NCBI GenBank assembly: GCA_963780755.1
Contig: CAWACX010000002.1
Location: forward strand, 273,426-337,425
Source: an uncultured Acidobacteriota bacterium
Lineage (GTDB): Bacteria; Actinomycetota; Acidimicrobiia; Spongiisociales; ZC4RG35
Reading direction: 5' to 3'
DNA: 64,000 nucleotides
The position numbers and the translations under genes are program-made. Of the stretch, positions 37,920-47,882 are shown piece by piece (position 1 is the stretch's first letter; every line of letters starts with the position of its first letter). The notes below the pieces were generated by a model. The model was not told the origin of the DNA, ran no database searches, and saw only the letters and a program-made list of their open reading frames with translations.

Positions 37920-39518
37920 ATGCAGGTCCTGACCACCAGGGTCGATCCCCGTTCCGACGACTACCAGGCCAACCGCGCCGCGATGGAGGCCAAGCTCGCC
38001 GAGTTCGAAGCACTCATGGAGCAGGCCCGCCAGGGCGGCGGAGAGAAGTACATCGCCCGGCACCGGGAGCGGGGCAAGCTCCTGGCCCGGGAGCGCATCG
38101 AGCTCCTCCTAGATCGGGACGCCCCCTTCCTCGAGCTGTCGACGCTCGCCGCCTGGGGGACCGACAAGAACCTGGGCGCGAACGTGGTGACCGGCATCGG
38201 AGTGGTCGAAGGGGTGGAGTGCGCCATCCTCGCCCACGATCCGACCAGCCAGGCAGGTTCGATGAACCGCTACTCGTTGGCGAAGACCCTCCGCATCATG
38301 GACATCGCCGGCGAGAACCGGCTCCCGCTGATCAACCTGGTCGAGTCGGGCGGCGCCGACCTCCCCGACCAGGCCGACGTCTTCATCGTGGGAGGGAAGT
38401 GGTTTCGCAACCTGACCCGCCTTTCCAAGAACGGGATTCCAACGGTGGCCATCGTTTTCGGGAGCTCGACCGCCGGGGGCGCCTATTTCCCCGCCATGTG
38501 CGACTACTCGATCATGGTCAAGGACCGGGCAAAGGTGTTCCTCGGCGGGCCGCCCCTGGTCAAGATGGCGACCGGTGAGGAGTCGACCGACGAAGAGCTC
38601 GGCGGCGCCGAGATGCACTCCCGGGTCTCAGGCCTCTCCGACTACTTCGCCGAGGACGAGCAGGAAGCGATCCGCATGGGCCGCGACATCGTGGCCCATC
38701 TCAACTGGCGCAAGCAGGGCTACGGTCCGACCAAGGCGCCGGACCCCCCGGCGCACGACATCGACGAGATCCTGGGGGTGATCCCCCACGACCTGCGGGT
38801 CCCGTTCGACATGCGTGAGATCCTGGCCCGGGTGGTCGATGGCTCACGGTTCGAGGAGTACAAGGCGGTCTACGGCGCCTCGATCCTCACCGGCTGGGCG
38901 TCGGTCCATGGGTTCCCCGTCGGAGTGATCGCCAACCAGCAGGGTGTGATCTTCTCGGAAGAGGCGCAGAAGGCGACCGAGTTCATCCAGCTCAGCAATC
39001 GGTACGACACGCCGCTGATCTTCATCCACAACACCACCGGCTACATGGTGGGCAAGGAATACGAGCAGCGGGGGATCATCAAGGACGGGGCGAAGATGGT
39101 CAATGTGGTCGCCAACTCCGAGGTCCCCCACATCACCCTGATGGCGGGGGTCTCTTATGGCGCCGGGAACTACGGGATGTCGGGACGCTCCTACGACCCG
39201 AGGTTCGTGTTCGGGTACCCCGGCCACAAGGTTGCGGTCATGGGGCCGAAGCAGCTCGCCGGGGTGATGTCGATCATCGCTCGCCAAGGCGCGGAGTCAC
39301 GGGGAGAGCCCTTCGACGAAGACGCCGACCAGGCGAGACGCGCCGAGATCGAGGCTCAGATCGAGCACGAGGAGCAGGCCTACTACTCGACGGGACGGGT
39401 CCGCGACGACGGGCTCATCGACCCCCGTGACACCAGGGACGTCTTGGGAATCGCTCTGTCGGCAGTTCACTCCGCGCCGGTCAGGGGCACCGATCGGTTC
39501 GGGGTGTTCCGGATGTGA
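37920..39518 (+). CDS. acyl-CoA carboxylase carboxyltransferase (beta) subunit, methylcrotonyl-CoA carboxylase-like
   Basis: Typical 530-aa carboxyltransferase: ARERIELLLD, VESGGA, ..GAGNYGM.. Confidence 0.85.
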   Translation: MQVLTTRVDPRSDDYQANRAAMEAKLAEFEALMEQARQGGGEKYIARHRERGKLLARERIELLLDRDAPFLELSTLAAWGTDKNLGANVVTGIGVVEGVECAILAHDPTSQAGSMNRYSLAKTLRIMDIAGENRLPLINLVESGGADLPDQADVFIVGGKWFRNLTRLSKNGIPTVAIVFGSSTAGGAYFPAMCDYSIMVKDRAKVFLGGPPLVKMATGEESTDEELGGAEMHSRVSGLSDYFAEDEQEAIRMGRDIVAHLNWRKQGYGPTKAPDPPAHDIDEILGVIPHDLRVPFDMREILARVVDGSRFEEYKAVYGASILTGWASVHGFPVGVIANQQGVIFSEEAQKATEFIQLSNRYDTPLIFIHNTTGYMVGKEYEQRGIIKDGAKMVNVVANSEVPHITLMAGVSYGAGNYGMSGRSYDPRFVFGYPGHKVAVMGPKQLAGVMSIIARQGAESRGEPFDEDADQARRAEIEAQIEHEEQAYYSTGRVRDDGLIDPRDTRDVLGIALSAVHSAPVRGTDRFGVFRM

Positions 39519-40019
39519 TCATCCCGGGAACCGACGCTCCCAGATCTGTTCGCCGTCGGCGTCGATGACGCCGGTTGGCGCCAGCCCCAGAGCAGCCGCC
39601 ACCTTTCCCGACGCGATGTGCTCGGGGTGGACGTGCGCCATCAGGTGCCGGGATCCGTTGTCGACCAGCCAGTCCCGCACTGCCAGTGCCGCCTCGGTGG
39701 CGACTCCCTGGCCCTGCCGGTCCACCCTCACCAACCAGGCAAGCTCGGCCTCGTCGCCGGTGACCGTGGCCTGGGCGAACCCGATCGCCACATCGCCCTC
39801 GAGGAGACGGATGATCCAGTTGTGCCACGACTCTTCCCGGGACGCCGGGCCTGCGACCTGGGCGCGATACCTCGCTTCCAGCTCACCGAGGTCCGGCGGG
39901 TGCCCGCCCGTGAATGAATAGAGCGCCTCGTCAGCAAGCACCGAGACCATCTCCGCGGCATCCGAGACCTGAAGCGGGGTCAGACGCAGCCTTTCGGTAT
40001 TTAGCTGTGGCGTGCCCAT
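39519..40019 (-). CDS. GNAT-family N-acetyltransferase
   Basis: TERLRLTPL.. and RVDRQGQGVATEAALAV. Confidence 0.7.
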   Translation of the reverse strand: MGTPQLNTERLRLTPLQVSDAAEMVSVLADEALYSFTGGHPPDLGELEARYRAQVAGPASREESWHNWIIRLLEGDVAIGFAQATVTGDEAELAWLVRVDRQGQGVATEAALAVRDWLVDNGSRHLMAHVHPEHIASGKVAAALGLAPTGVIDADGEQIWERRFPG

Positions 40020-40360
40020 TCGTCGTCTGACCCCGTTTCGAAGGTCACCTCGAGCGAAAGCAAGAGATCACCCTCCCAGTGCATGTCCATGATGCCGGTC
40101 CCGCCCCGGGACCAGGCAAACCGAACCACATCGCGGCTGCCTTCGCTGACCACTGACTCCACCAGCATGGTGTCGTCAGGTGGCATTTGCTGATAACCGG
40201 TCCTGATCTGATCACGTCCGCTCATCGACGCGACATCGATCCCCACGAATGACATCTGCGCCCCTGGAGCGAATCGATCGACGAACGGGTCGAAGTCGCC
40301 CGAAGTGACCGCATCGTTGAACGCGGCGACGTGCCGAATCACACGATCTGGGATGCTCAA
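40001..40360 (-). CDS. SnoaL/NTF2-like fold protein
   Basis: ORF 40001..40360. The size and the pattern IRHVAAFNDAVTSGDFDPFVDRFAPGAQM fit the fold. Confidence 0.5.
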   Translation of the reverse strand: MSIPDRVIRHVAAFNDAVTSGDFDPFVDRFAPGAQMSFVGIDVASMSGRDQIRTGYQQMPPDDTMLVESVVSEGSRDVVRFAWSRGGTGIMDMHWEGDLLLSLEVTFETGSDDEWARHS

Positions 40361-40361
40361 G

Positions 40362-41075
40362 CTAGGTGGCGGGGCGAAACTCCACGATGACGTCGCGGTA
40401 GCCGAGCCCGATCAGGAAGTCGGAGATGACCTCCCGGGCGTTGTCCTCGGCATCGGCGAGCAATCCATCGTCGAGGGCGCCCTGGACCAGTACCTCATCG
40501 GCGACCTGGCGGGCCTCGGACTCCAACTCGGGATCGCCCTTCGTGAAGAGCCCGGTCTCCCGGTCGAGAACCTGTGTCGCCTCGTTGTCGACCGCCACGT
40601 ACTGGATGGTCGCAGCGGGAAGGGTGAGCTCGACCACACCGTCCTCCCCGAGGGTGACATCACGCACGGTCACCTGGCTGAGGTCGACTCCGGCACCGAT
40701 CTTGGCCACCGCGAACAGCTGGACGCTGTCGCCCCGTGCCCATGACAGCCAGCCCCGGTCATTGCCCTTCTCCACGATCGTGTACTCCACGCTCTCGATG
40801 GTGGTGAGGTTGGCCAGGTCACGGATCGAGCTGATCACCACCGGTCCGATCTCCTCATATGGCTCCGGTTCGAACACGGCAGCGAGGTCGGCGGGCGTGG
40901 GAACCGAATCGGCCACGCCACGGATCGTCGACACGATCCAGAACCCGATCACGACCGCCATTCCCAGGATCGCAATCGCAATCGCGGCGGGGATCAGGCC
41001 CCAACGCCTCTTGGGCGCGGGCGCTATCTGGGGAGGCGCGGCGGCCTCTCGCTCCAGGAGTTGGGTCTCAGTCAT
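40362..41075 (-). CDS. DUF4230-like membrane-anchored protein
   Basis: Single N-terminal TM helix, then ..ISSIRDLANLTTIESVEYTIVE..AKIGAGVDL.. Confidence 0.5.
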   Translation of the reverse strand: MTETQLLEREAAAPPQIAPAPKRRWGLIPAAIAIAILGMAVVIGFWIVSTIRGVADSVPTPADLAAVFEPEPYEEIGPVVISSIRDLANLTTIESVEYTIVEKGNDRGWLSWARGDSVQLFAVAKIGAGVDLSQVTVRDVTLGEDGVVELTLPAATIQYVAVDNEATQVLDRETGLFTKGDPELESEARQVADEVLVQGALDDGLLADAEDNAREVISDFLIGLGYRDVIVEFRPAT

Positions 41076-41162
41076 CGCGGGTGTACCTCACACTCGAATA
41101 AGGGGACTTGATATAGACGACCTCAAACCCCGCTTTGGTTCCCTCGTTAGCCTCGTCCCCCG

Positions 41163-43130
41163 ATGATCGGGAGAGTCCTGGTGGCCAACCGAGGGGAGAT
41201 CGCCCGGCGCGTGATCCGCACCTGTCGTGACATGACGATAGAGACGGTGGCGGTCTATGCGGACCCGGACCGAGGCGAGCCCCATGTCGGGGAAGCCGAT
41301 CAAGCGGTGCGATTGCCGGGGTCGAGCCCGATCGACACCTATCTCGACATCGATGCCATCTTGCGGGCGGCCAAGGAGTCCGGCGCCGACGCCATTCACC
41401 CCGGCTACGGGTTCCTCTCCGAGAGCCCCGACTTCGCGCGGGCTGTGGGCGAAGCAGGCCTGATCTGGATCGGGCCGCCGGCAAAGGCCATCGCCACCAT
41501 GGGATCGAAGCTGGCCTCCAAGGCGCTGGCCGAGTCGGCAGGAGTCCCCGTCCTCCCCAGCATCGACCTCACCGGGCTCGACGATGATGCGGCAGTAGCC
41601 GCAGCCAATGAGATCGGGTTTCCTGTGCTGGTCAAGGCCAGCGCCGGCGGTGGGGGCAAGGGGATGCGGATCGTTCGCTCCTCCGACGACCTGGTGGCGG
41701 CGATCGCCGGGGCGCGACGGGAGGCGGGGGCCGCATTCGGGGATGACACGGTGTTCCTCGAGCGCTACCTGGAGGCCCCTCGCCACATCGAAATCCAGGT
41801 CATCGCCGACAACCACGGAAACGTCGCTTCCCTCCACGAGCGGGAGTGCTCCATCCAGCGTCGCCATCAGAAGGTCATCGAGGAGGCGCCCTCGATCGCC
41901 ATCGACTCCACGGTCAGGCAGCGGATGGGAGAGGCCGCGGTGGCCCTCGCCAGGGGGGTCGGCTACACCGGAGCAGGCACCGTCGAGTTCCTGTTCCACG
42001 ACGGGGAGTTCTGGTTCCTGGAGATGAACACCCGACTCCAAGTGGAGCACCCGGTGACGGAGATGATCACCGGCATCGATCTCGTCAGGCTCCAGATCGA
42101 GATCGCCGGCGGCGGCAGGCTGCAAGAGCAGGTGCTGCAACCGAAGATCGAGGGCCATGCCATCGAGGCCCGCCTCTACGCCGAGGACCCAGCGCACGAC
42201 TACCTGCCGATGACCGGCACAGTCCACCAATTCTCCTTTCCGGCAGCGGAAGGTCTCCGAGTCGATTCCGGGGTCGAGAACGGCTCGGAGATCTCGACCT
42301 ATTACGACCCGATGCTGGCCAAGGTGATCGCTCACGCCCCCACCCGCGGTGAGGCCGCTGCCCTCCTCGCCGGCGCCCTGCGCCGTGCCGTGATCCACGG
42401 CCCGACCACCAACCGGGACCTTCTGATCCGAATCCTCGAGAACGAGGACTTCATCGCCGGGCGGGTCGACACCCACTTCCTCGATGAACGCGAGCTGACC
42501 ATGCCCCTCGCCGATCAAGATGCTGTCCGAAGAGCGGCGATCGCGGTTGCGATCGCCGACCGCAGTCACCGGCGACGGGAGGCTGTCGTGCTGGCCTCGA
42601 TTCCGGGTGGCTGGCGCAACGCCCCGATCAGCGCCCAGACGAGCGTCTACCGCCACGGTGAGACGGAACTGGCCGTCGAGTATCGGGTCACCCGGGGCAG
42701 GCTCTTGGTGACCGAAGCGGGGGAGATCGAAATCGAGTCGGCATCTCCTGAGCGTGTGGTGGTGACGGTCGCCGGGGAGGCGCACGAGCTCACCGTGCAT
42801 CGGGTCGGCGCCATGCGATACGTCGATGGCCCTTCAGGGTCGGTCACCCTCGAGGCGGTTCCCAGGTTCCGGGGTGCCACGGTCGATGAGGCACCGGGGT
42901 CGCTTCATGCCCCGATGCCGGGACGGGTGGTCAGGGTCGAGGTAGCAGTCGGCGACACGGTCACAGAAGGCCAGGTCCTGATGGTGCTGGAGGCGATGAA
43001 GATGGAGCACACCCTGCGGGCGCCGATGCCGGGGACCGTGCAGACGGTCAACGCCACCGCCGGTGAGCAGGTGGGCGCCGGAAGCGTCCTCGTAGTTGTG
43101 GCTGGAACGCAAGCGTCAACTTTGGGTTGA
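41163..43130 (+). CDS. biotin carboxylase / biotin carboxyl carrier (alpha) subunit of an acyl-CoA carboxylase
   Basis: RVLVANRGEIARR, ATP-grasp domain, and C-terminal biotinylation motif EAMKMEH. Confidence 0.9.
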   Translation: MIGRVLVANRGEIARRVIRTCRDMTIETVAVYADPDRGEPHVGEADQAVRLPGSSPIDTYLDIDAILRAAKESGADAIHPGYGFLSESPDFARAVGEAGLIWIGPPAKAIATMGSKLASKALAESAGVPVLPSIDLTGLDDDAAVAAANEIGFPVLVKASAGGGGKGMRIVRSSDDLVAAIAGARREAGAAFGDDTVFLERYLEAPRHIEIQVIADNHGNVASLHERECSIQRRHQKVIEEAPSIAIDSTVRQRMGEAAVALARGVGYTGAGTVEFLFHDGEFWFLEMNTRLQVEHPVTEMITGIDLVRLQIEIAGGGRLQEQVLQPKIEGHAIEARLYAEDPAHDYLPMTGTVHQFSFPAAEGLRVDSGVENGSEISTYYDPMLAKVIAHAPTRGEAAALLAGALRRAVIHGPTTNRDLLIRILENEDFIAGRVDTHFLDERELTMPLADQDAVRRAAIAVAIADRSHRRREAVVLASIPGGWRNAPISAQTSVYRHGETELAVEYRVTRGRLLVTEAGEIEIESASPERVVVTVAGEAHELTVHRVGAMRYVDGPSGSVTLEAVPRFRGATVDEAPGSLHAPMPGRVVRVEVAVGDTVTEGQVLMVLEAMKMEHTLRAPMPGTVQTVNATAGEQVGAGSVLVVVAGTQASTLG

Positions 43131-43162
43131 CAAGTCCCTGGGCGTCAACGTAAGGTTGACGC
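43113..43162 (+). promoter_or_regulatory. two tandem copies of the palindrome GCGTCAAC-N5-GTTGAC, the second ending at the ATG of the Clp_N gene
   Basis: Copy 1 at 43113-43131 overlaps the carboxylase TGA. Copy 2 at 43142-43162 extends to GCGTCAAC-GTAAG-GTTGACGC. The repeat period is 29 nt. Confidence 0.5.
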
Positions 43163-43861
43163 ATGAGTTCCGATCCCGTTTCCCTGCAAGACCTGATCGA
43201 TTTCGTGGAGAGCAGGCACCGGACTGCCGACCCGCTGACTCACCTCACCGAGGCCGTGATGCTCTCTGACAGGTTCGCGGCCATGGCCGATGACCTCGTG
43301 GGCCACTTCGTCGACCTCGCCCGGGAGTCGGGCGCCGCGTGGGCCGACATCGGAGCCAGCCTCGGGGTGAGCAAGCAGGCGGCTCAGAAGCGATTCGTCG
43401 ACCTCGAAGGCAAGGGATGGTCGAGGAAGGGCCTATTCATGAGGTTCACCGCCGAAGCCCGGGCGGTCGTGATCGCCACGCAGGAGATCGCCCGGAACCG
43501 CGGTGACAACCACATCGGAACCGAGCACCTGATCCTCGGCTTGTTGGACGACGAAGACTCCCGCGCGGCCCGGGCCCTGGCCTCGTCAGAAGTGACCCGG
43601 GCACGGGTCGACGAGGCGATCGGCCCGGCTCCGGTCCCGGAAAAGCGGATCAAGGGGCACATCCCGTTCTCACCCCACTCCAAGAAGGTCCTCGAGCTCG
43701 CCTTGAGGGAGGCGATCAGGGTCAAGGCAAGGTCCATTGAGACCGAGCACATCCTCCTGGCGATCATGCGTGTGACGGAGTCGGCCGGTGCCCGGATCTT
43801 GGACCGGCTCGGAGTAACCCACCAGTCGATCGAGGGCTGGCTCGCCGAGGCCGCCGGCTAG
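43163..43861 (+). CDS. Clp N-terminal-repeat protein with an N-terminal HTH-like segment
   Basis: HIGTEHLILGLLDDEDSRAARAL and IETEHILLAIMRVTESAGARIL repeats. N-terminal AWADIGASLGVSKQAAQKRF. Confidence 0.7.
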   Translation: MSSDPVSLQDLIDFVESRHRTADPLTHLTEAVMLSDRFAAMADDLVGHFVDLARESGAAWADIGASLGVSKQAAQKRFVDLEGKGWSRKGLFMRFTAEARAVVIATQEIARNRGDNHIGTEHLILGLLDDEDSRAARALASSEVTRARVDEAIGPAPVPEKRIKGHIPFSPHSKKVLELALREAIRVKARSIETEHILLAIMRVTESAGARILDRLGVTHQSIEGWLAEAAG

Positions 43862-44325
43862 CCAAGCCGCAACATCGTGACTGTCAGCCCGTCTTCGGAC
43901 ACCGGCTCGAACCCAAAACGCTGGTAGAGGCGTATCGCCGGATTGCGCAGGTCAACGCTGAGACTGGCGCGCGGCACAGAGTCCAGCATGGATTCCAGCA
44001 AGGCAGTGCCGATACCCCGACCCCGCTCCGGCCCAGTGACTGCGGCCGACAACTCTGGGGTCGCCTCGTCGACGAACCCATATCCGGGGTGTGCCGCTGT
44101 AAACATACGGACCCAGACCGCCCCGATAGGCGTTTCCCGGGTCGAGGCGATCAGGCCCGAGTCCCCTTCCCGGTTCCCGAAGCCCTCGATGTAGAGGCTG
44201 AGGTGAGGGTCGGACACGATCGATCTCGGCGGCGGCGCCTCACCGTCGGGAACGTAGATCGCTGTGTAGAGCATCTCCTCCAGGAAGCCTTGGTCGTCCC
44301 GGGTGGCCGGCCTGAGGTCGGTCAC
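43858..44325 (-). CDS. GNAT-family N-acetyltransferase
   Basis: AAVTGPERGRGIGTALLESML..AIRLYQRFGF. Confidence 0.75.
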   Translation of the reverse strand: MTDLRPATRDDQGFLEEMLYTAIYVPDGEAPPPRSIVSDPHLSLYIEGFGNREGDSGLIASTRETPIGAVWVRMFTAAHPGYGFVDEATPELSAAVTGPERGRGIGTALLESMLDSVPRASLSVDLRNPAIRLYQRFGFEPVSEDGLTVTMLRLG

Positions 44326-45539
44326 GCCGCCCCGGACAGCACATCGAGCACGAAGTCGATGTCGGCCGCGGTGTGGTCGGCGTTGACCTGAAACCTGATC
44401 TCCTCATCACCCTTGGGCACCACCGGATAGTTGAGACCGGTGGCGAGCACCCCGTTCTCGAAGAGGTGGCCGACCAGCGCCGAGGTCCGGTCGGTATCCC
44501 TCACCATCAGAGGGACCACCGGGTGGGGACCGGGGATGGTCTCGAGCCCCAGCCCGACCAGTCCCGCCTCGAATCTCTGAGTCATCTCGGCGAGGTGGGC
44601 GAGCAGGGCCCGACCGCTGTCGGAGTCGACAACGTCGACCGCGGCGTGGGCCGCACGTGCTTCGCCAACGGTGATCGGGTTGGAGTAGATGTACATCGGG
44701 GCCTTCTCCCGAAGGAATGAGCCCAACTCGTCGCTGCCGGTGACGTAGCCGCCGTTGACCCCGAAACCCTTGCCCAGGGTCCCGATCAGGACGTCGACCG
44801 GGCCTGACCCGCTGACCTCCTCGGTGCCTCGTCCGGTTGGGCCGTAGGCAGCCACGCCATGGGAGTCGTCGACAACCACGACCACGTTCTCGGGAAAGTC
44901 GGCGTCATGGGCCCGTGCGACCTCCGACAAAGCGGACAGGTCGGCATGATCACCACGCATCGAGAACACGCCATCGGTCACCACGATTGCCCTCTTCGCC
45001 CCCTTCGACTTCGCCAACCCCGCGTCCAGGGCCTCGAAGTCGAGGTGCGGATAGACCTCTCGGGCCGCGGGTCGCGCCATGCGCAGGGCGTTGATGATGC
45101 AGTTGTGGTTCAGCTCGTCGCTCAGGACCACGGTCTCTGGCGTGATCAGTGTGGTCAGCACCGAGAGGACCGTGGCGTAGGCCGAGGAGAAGATCATCGC
45201 CCGTTCCCGCTCATGGAAGCGCGCCAGCCGCGCCTCGAGGTCGACGTGCGTCGAATAGGTCCCGGAGATGAAGCGGACCGCGCCCGGCCCGACGCCGAAC
45301 TCGCGGGTGGCCCGCTCCTCGGCCGCGATCACGTCGGGATGCATCGCGAGGCCCAGGTAACCGTTCGAGTTCATCCGGATGTACTCGCGATCGGACCCCG
45401 CGAGCAGCAGGCGGGGGCCCCGGCCCTCGGCTCCGGGCACGACCCCGAGGATCACCGATTCCCGGCCCTTGTCGGTGCCAATGCCCTGGAGCGCCCGGAC
45501 CTCGTCGGCGAGGATCGAATCGAGTCGGTCGTGGGGCAT
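44322..45539 (-). CDS. alpha-oxoamine synthase family PLP enzyme (glycine C-acetyltransferase / 8-amino-7-oxononanoate synthase-like)
   Basis: NSNGYLGL..LNHNCII..VVDDSHG..GTLGKGFG. Confidence 0.8.
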   Translation of the reverse strand: MPHDRLDSILADEVRALQGIGTDKGRESVILGVVPGAEGRGPRLLLAGSDREYIRMNSNGYLGLAMHPDVIAAEERATREFGVGPGAVRFISGTYSTHVDLEARLARFHERERAMIFSSAYATVLSVLTTLITPETVVLSDELNHNCIINALRMARPAAREVYPHLDFEALDAGLAKSKGAKRAIVVTDGVFSMRGDHADLSALSEVARAHDADFPENVVVVVDDSHGVAAYGPTGRGTEEVSGSGPVDVLIGTLGKGFGVNGGYVTGSDELGSFLREKAPMYIYSNPITVGEARAAHAAVDVVDSDSGRALLAHLAEMTQRFEAGLVGLGLETIPGPHPVVPLMVRDTDRTSALVGHLFENGVLATGLNYPVVPKGDEEIRFQVNADHTAADIDFVLDVLSGAA

Positions 45540-45576
45540 GGCACCACGGGTTTAGCAGAGTCCTATTGTCAGTCGC

Positions 45577-46488
45577 ATGGCACGACTTGGCTTCATAGGC
45601 CTCGGAACCATGGGCCACGAGATGGCGGCGAATCTGCTTTTCGCCGGCAACCCGGTGACAGTTTGGAATCGGACTCCCGAGAAGTCGAACGACCTGGTCT
45701 GCGACGTAGCGACCAGCCCTCGAGATCTGGGAGCGGAGAGCGACATCGTGATGATCTGTGTCTCCGACACTCCGGACGTCGAGGAAGTGGTATTCGGGGA
45801 GATGGGTGTGATCCACGGGCTCGCCGAGGGCTCGATCATCGTCGACCACTCGACTATCTCTCCTCGGGCAACCAGGGACTTCGCAGCACGGGTAGCAGGA
45901 CGGGGAGTGACCTGGCTCGACGCCCCGGTCTCGGGCGGCTCTGAAGGGGCGACCAACGGCACCCTTGCGGTCATGGTCGGTGGGCCGGGCGAGGCGCTGG
46001 AGAAAGTGCGCCCCTATCTCGACGCCTACTCCAAGTCGGTGGTCCATGTCGGAGCCGAGCCCGGGTCGGGTCAGACCGTGAAGCTGATGAACCAGGTCCT
46101 CGTGGTGCTCAACCAGCTGGCGGTGTCCGAGGCCCTCCTGCTTGGCCAGGCCGCCGACATCGACCTCGCCACCGCGATCCGCGCGGTCGAGGGTGGGGCC
46201 GGGGGATCCTGGATGTTGTCCAACCGAGGGCCAATGATGCTGCAGCGCGACTGGCGGCCCGGATTCACCATCGACCTCCAGCAGAAGGACCTCCGGTTGA
46301 TCCTGGAAGCCGCCGACGAGCTCGGTGTCCCGGTACCAGGGTCGGCATTGGTGTTCCAGCTTTACCGGGCGCTCCAGGCGCAAGGCCGGGGCGGCGAGGG
46401 GAACCACGCCCTGGTCAAGGCCTTGGAGGGGCTGTCCGGGATCGAGGTCGGCTCGGGACAGCCCGCGCCAGGCCGTTCAGCCCAGTAG
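45577..46488 (+). CDS. NAD(P)-dependent 3-hydroxyisobutyrate dehydrogenase-family oxidoreductase
   Basis: LGFIGLGTMGHEMAANL..LDAPVSGG..GSGQTVKLMNQ. Confidence 0.8.
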   Translation: MARLGFIGLGTMGHEMAANLLFAGNPVTVWNRTPEKSNDLVCDVATSPRDLGAESDIVMICVSDTPDVEEVVFGEMGVIHGLAEGSIIVDHSTISPRATRDFAARVAGRGVTWLDAPVSGGSEGATNGTLAVMVGGPGEALEKVRPYLDAYSKSVVHVGAEPGSGQTVKLMNQVLVVLNQLAVSEALLLGQAADIDLATAIRAVEGGAGGSWMLSNRGPMMLQRDWRPGFTIDLQQKDLRLILEAADELGVPVPGSALVFQLYRALQAQGRGGEGNHALVKALEGLSGIEVGSGQPAPGRSAQ

Positions 46489-46923
46489 GTCCTGCTTGAC
46501 CCTTGCCACGTGGCCGGTGGCCTTTACGTTGCGATAGGCCTTTTCCACCTCGCCGTCGGGGCCGATGACGAAAGTGGACCGGATCAGGCCCTCCCGGGTC
46601 TTCCCGTACATCTTCTTCTCGCCCCAGGCACCCAGCTTCTCCGCCAGCCCGTGGTCCTCGTCCGAGAGCAGGTCGAAGTTGAGGCCCTCCTTCTCCTTGA
46701 ACTTCGCGTTGCGCGCGGGCGAGTCGGGGCTGACTCCGACGATGTCGTATCCGGCTGCCGTGAACTCGTCATAGCTGTCCCGGAAGTTGCACGACTCCAC
46801 GGTGCAGCCCGGGGTCATGGCCGCCGGATAAAAGAACATCACCACGCGGCGTCCGGAGAAGTCCTCCGACGAGACGGTCTCGCCGTCCTGATTGGGGAGC
46901 TCGAAAGAGACGGTTTCTGACAT
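46477..46923 (-). CDS. bcp: thiol peroxidase / peroxiredoxin Bcp
   Basis: VVMFFYPAAMTPGCTVESC. Confidence 0.85.
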   Translation of the reverse strand: MSETVSFELPNQDGETVSSEDFSGRRVVMFFYPAAMTPGCTVESCNFRDSYDEFTAAGYDIVGVSPDSPARNAKFKEKEGLNFDLLSDEDHGLAEKLGAWGEKKMYGKTREGLIRSTFVIGPDGEVEKAYRNVKATGHVARVKQDLLG

Positions 46924-46943
46924 GGGGCGAGGCTACCGGCTGC

Positions 46944-47882
46944 TCAGGATGCCTCTGCAGCAGCTTCCTTGGCCTCCGGGGACTGGAGGAATGTGGAGCC
47001 ACCGGCGAGGAGGCTCAACCCGGCCGGAAGCCAATAGGAGACGATGCGGAACACGAGGACCGGTGCCACAGTCGTCGAGGCGGGGAAGCCGTAGGCGGCG
47101 AGCATGAAGACCAGGCTGCCCTCAGCGACGAGGAGGCCGCCCGGTGTTCCCGGGAGGCCGCCGGCGATCTGTGAGACGCCGAACACGGCCGCCACCTGGA
47201 AAACGCTGACTTCGATCCCAAAGGCGTACATCACCAGTGCCAGAGCTGACGCCTCCAAGGCAACCCGGGCCCAGATGTAGAACTGAGACTCGAGGTCAGG
47301 TAGGTGGTCGATGACGGACGCATCGAGTTTCTTGCGCCACTTTTGCGGAAGGTACTTGGAGAGTGAGCCGAGCTTCCCCGAGCCGAACATCGCGATCAGC
47401 CCGGCAACCAGGACAAAGGGGGCAAGGACGAAGAGGCTTACCGAGAGGATCTTTGCGTCATCCTGAGGGCGGGCGATCAGGAGCCCGACCCCGGTCAGGA
47501 TCAACAGGGCGGCGTAGTTGAGGAGAACGGTCCTGATCGCGGCACCGGTGCTGTTCTTCTCTTCGTCACGCACCGTCCAGGCCATAGCCACCGGTGTGAT
47601 CGCCCCACCGGCAGGGATCAGTCGGGCCACACCCGCACCCACCAACGCCCCGCGGAACGCGCTGAAGGCGCGCAACGACCCTCCGGCCTCCTCGACCGAC
47701 TCCTGGAACAGCAGCCCGAAGAACCACTTGGCGCTGATCTGGGCCACCGCAGCGGCAACGACCAGGCCCCAGGCCATCGGGCTCATCGGCGGCAACTCGA
47801 AGTTGTTGAAGACGAAGTAGGCGACCCCGATGTATACGACCGCCGAGATCCCGGCGATGATCGCGACCCGTTTCGGGCTCAC
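46944..47882 (-). CDS. lysylphosphatidylglycerol-synthase-TM-region (UPF0104) family membrane protein
   Basis: About 8 TM helices, overlaps the plsY stop by 4 nt. Family assigned from memory of the overall pattern only. Confidence 0.5.
   Translation of the reverse strand: MSPKRVAIIAGISAVVYIGVAYFVFNNFELPPMSPMAWGLVVAAAVAQISAKWFFGLLFQESVEEAGGSLRAFSAFRGALVGAGVARLIPAGGAITPVAMAWTVRDEEKNSTGAAIRTVLLNYAALLILTGVGLLIARPQDDAKILSVSLFVLAPFVLVAGLIAMFGSGKLGSLSKYLPQKWRKKLDASVIDHLPDLESQFYIWARVALEASALALVMYAFGIEVSVFQVAAVFGVSQIAGGLPGTPGGLLVAEGSLVFMLAAYGFPASTTVAPVLVFRIVSYWLPAGLSLLAGGSTFLQSPEAKEAAAEAS

Noticed and set aside
41088-42800. 570-codon minus-strand ORF. Similar long antisense ORFs occur at 16297-17649, 17689-18852, 34621-35769, 45211-46407, 54417-55325, 56098-57168, 56457-57932 and 61735-62943.
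   Set aside because: Each lies fully antisense to, or out of frame with, a gene that has clear family motifs. Their products are Arg/Gly/Pro/His-rich low-complexity sequence. This is the usual stop-codon-poor artefact of high-GC DNA.
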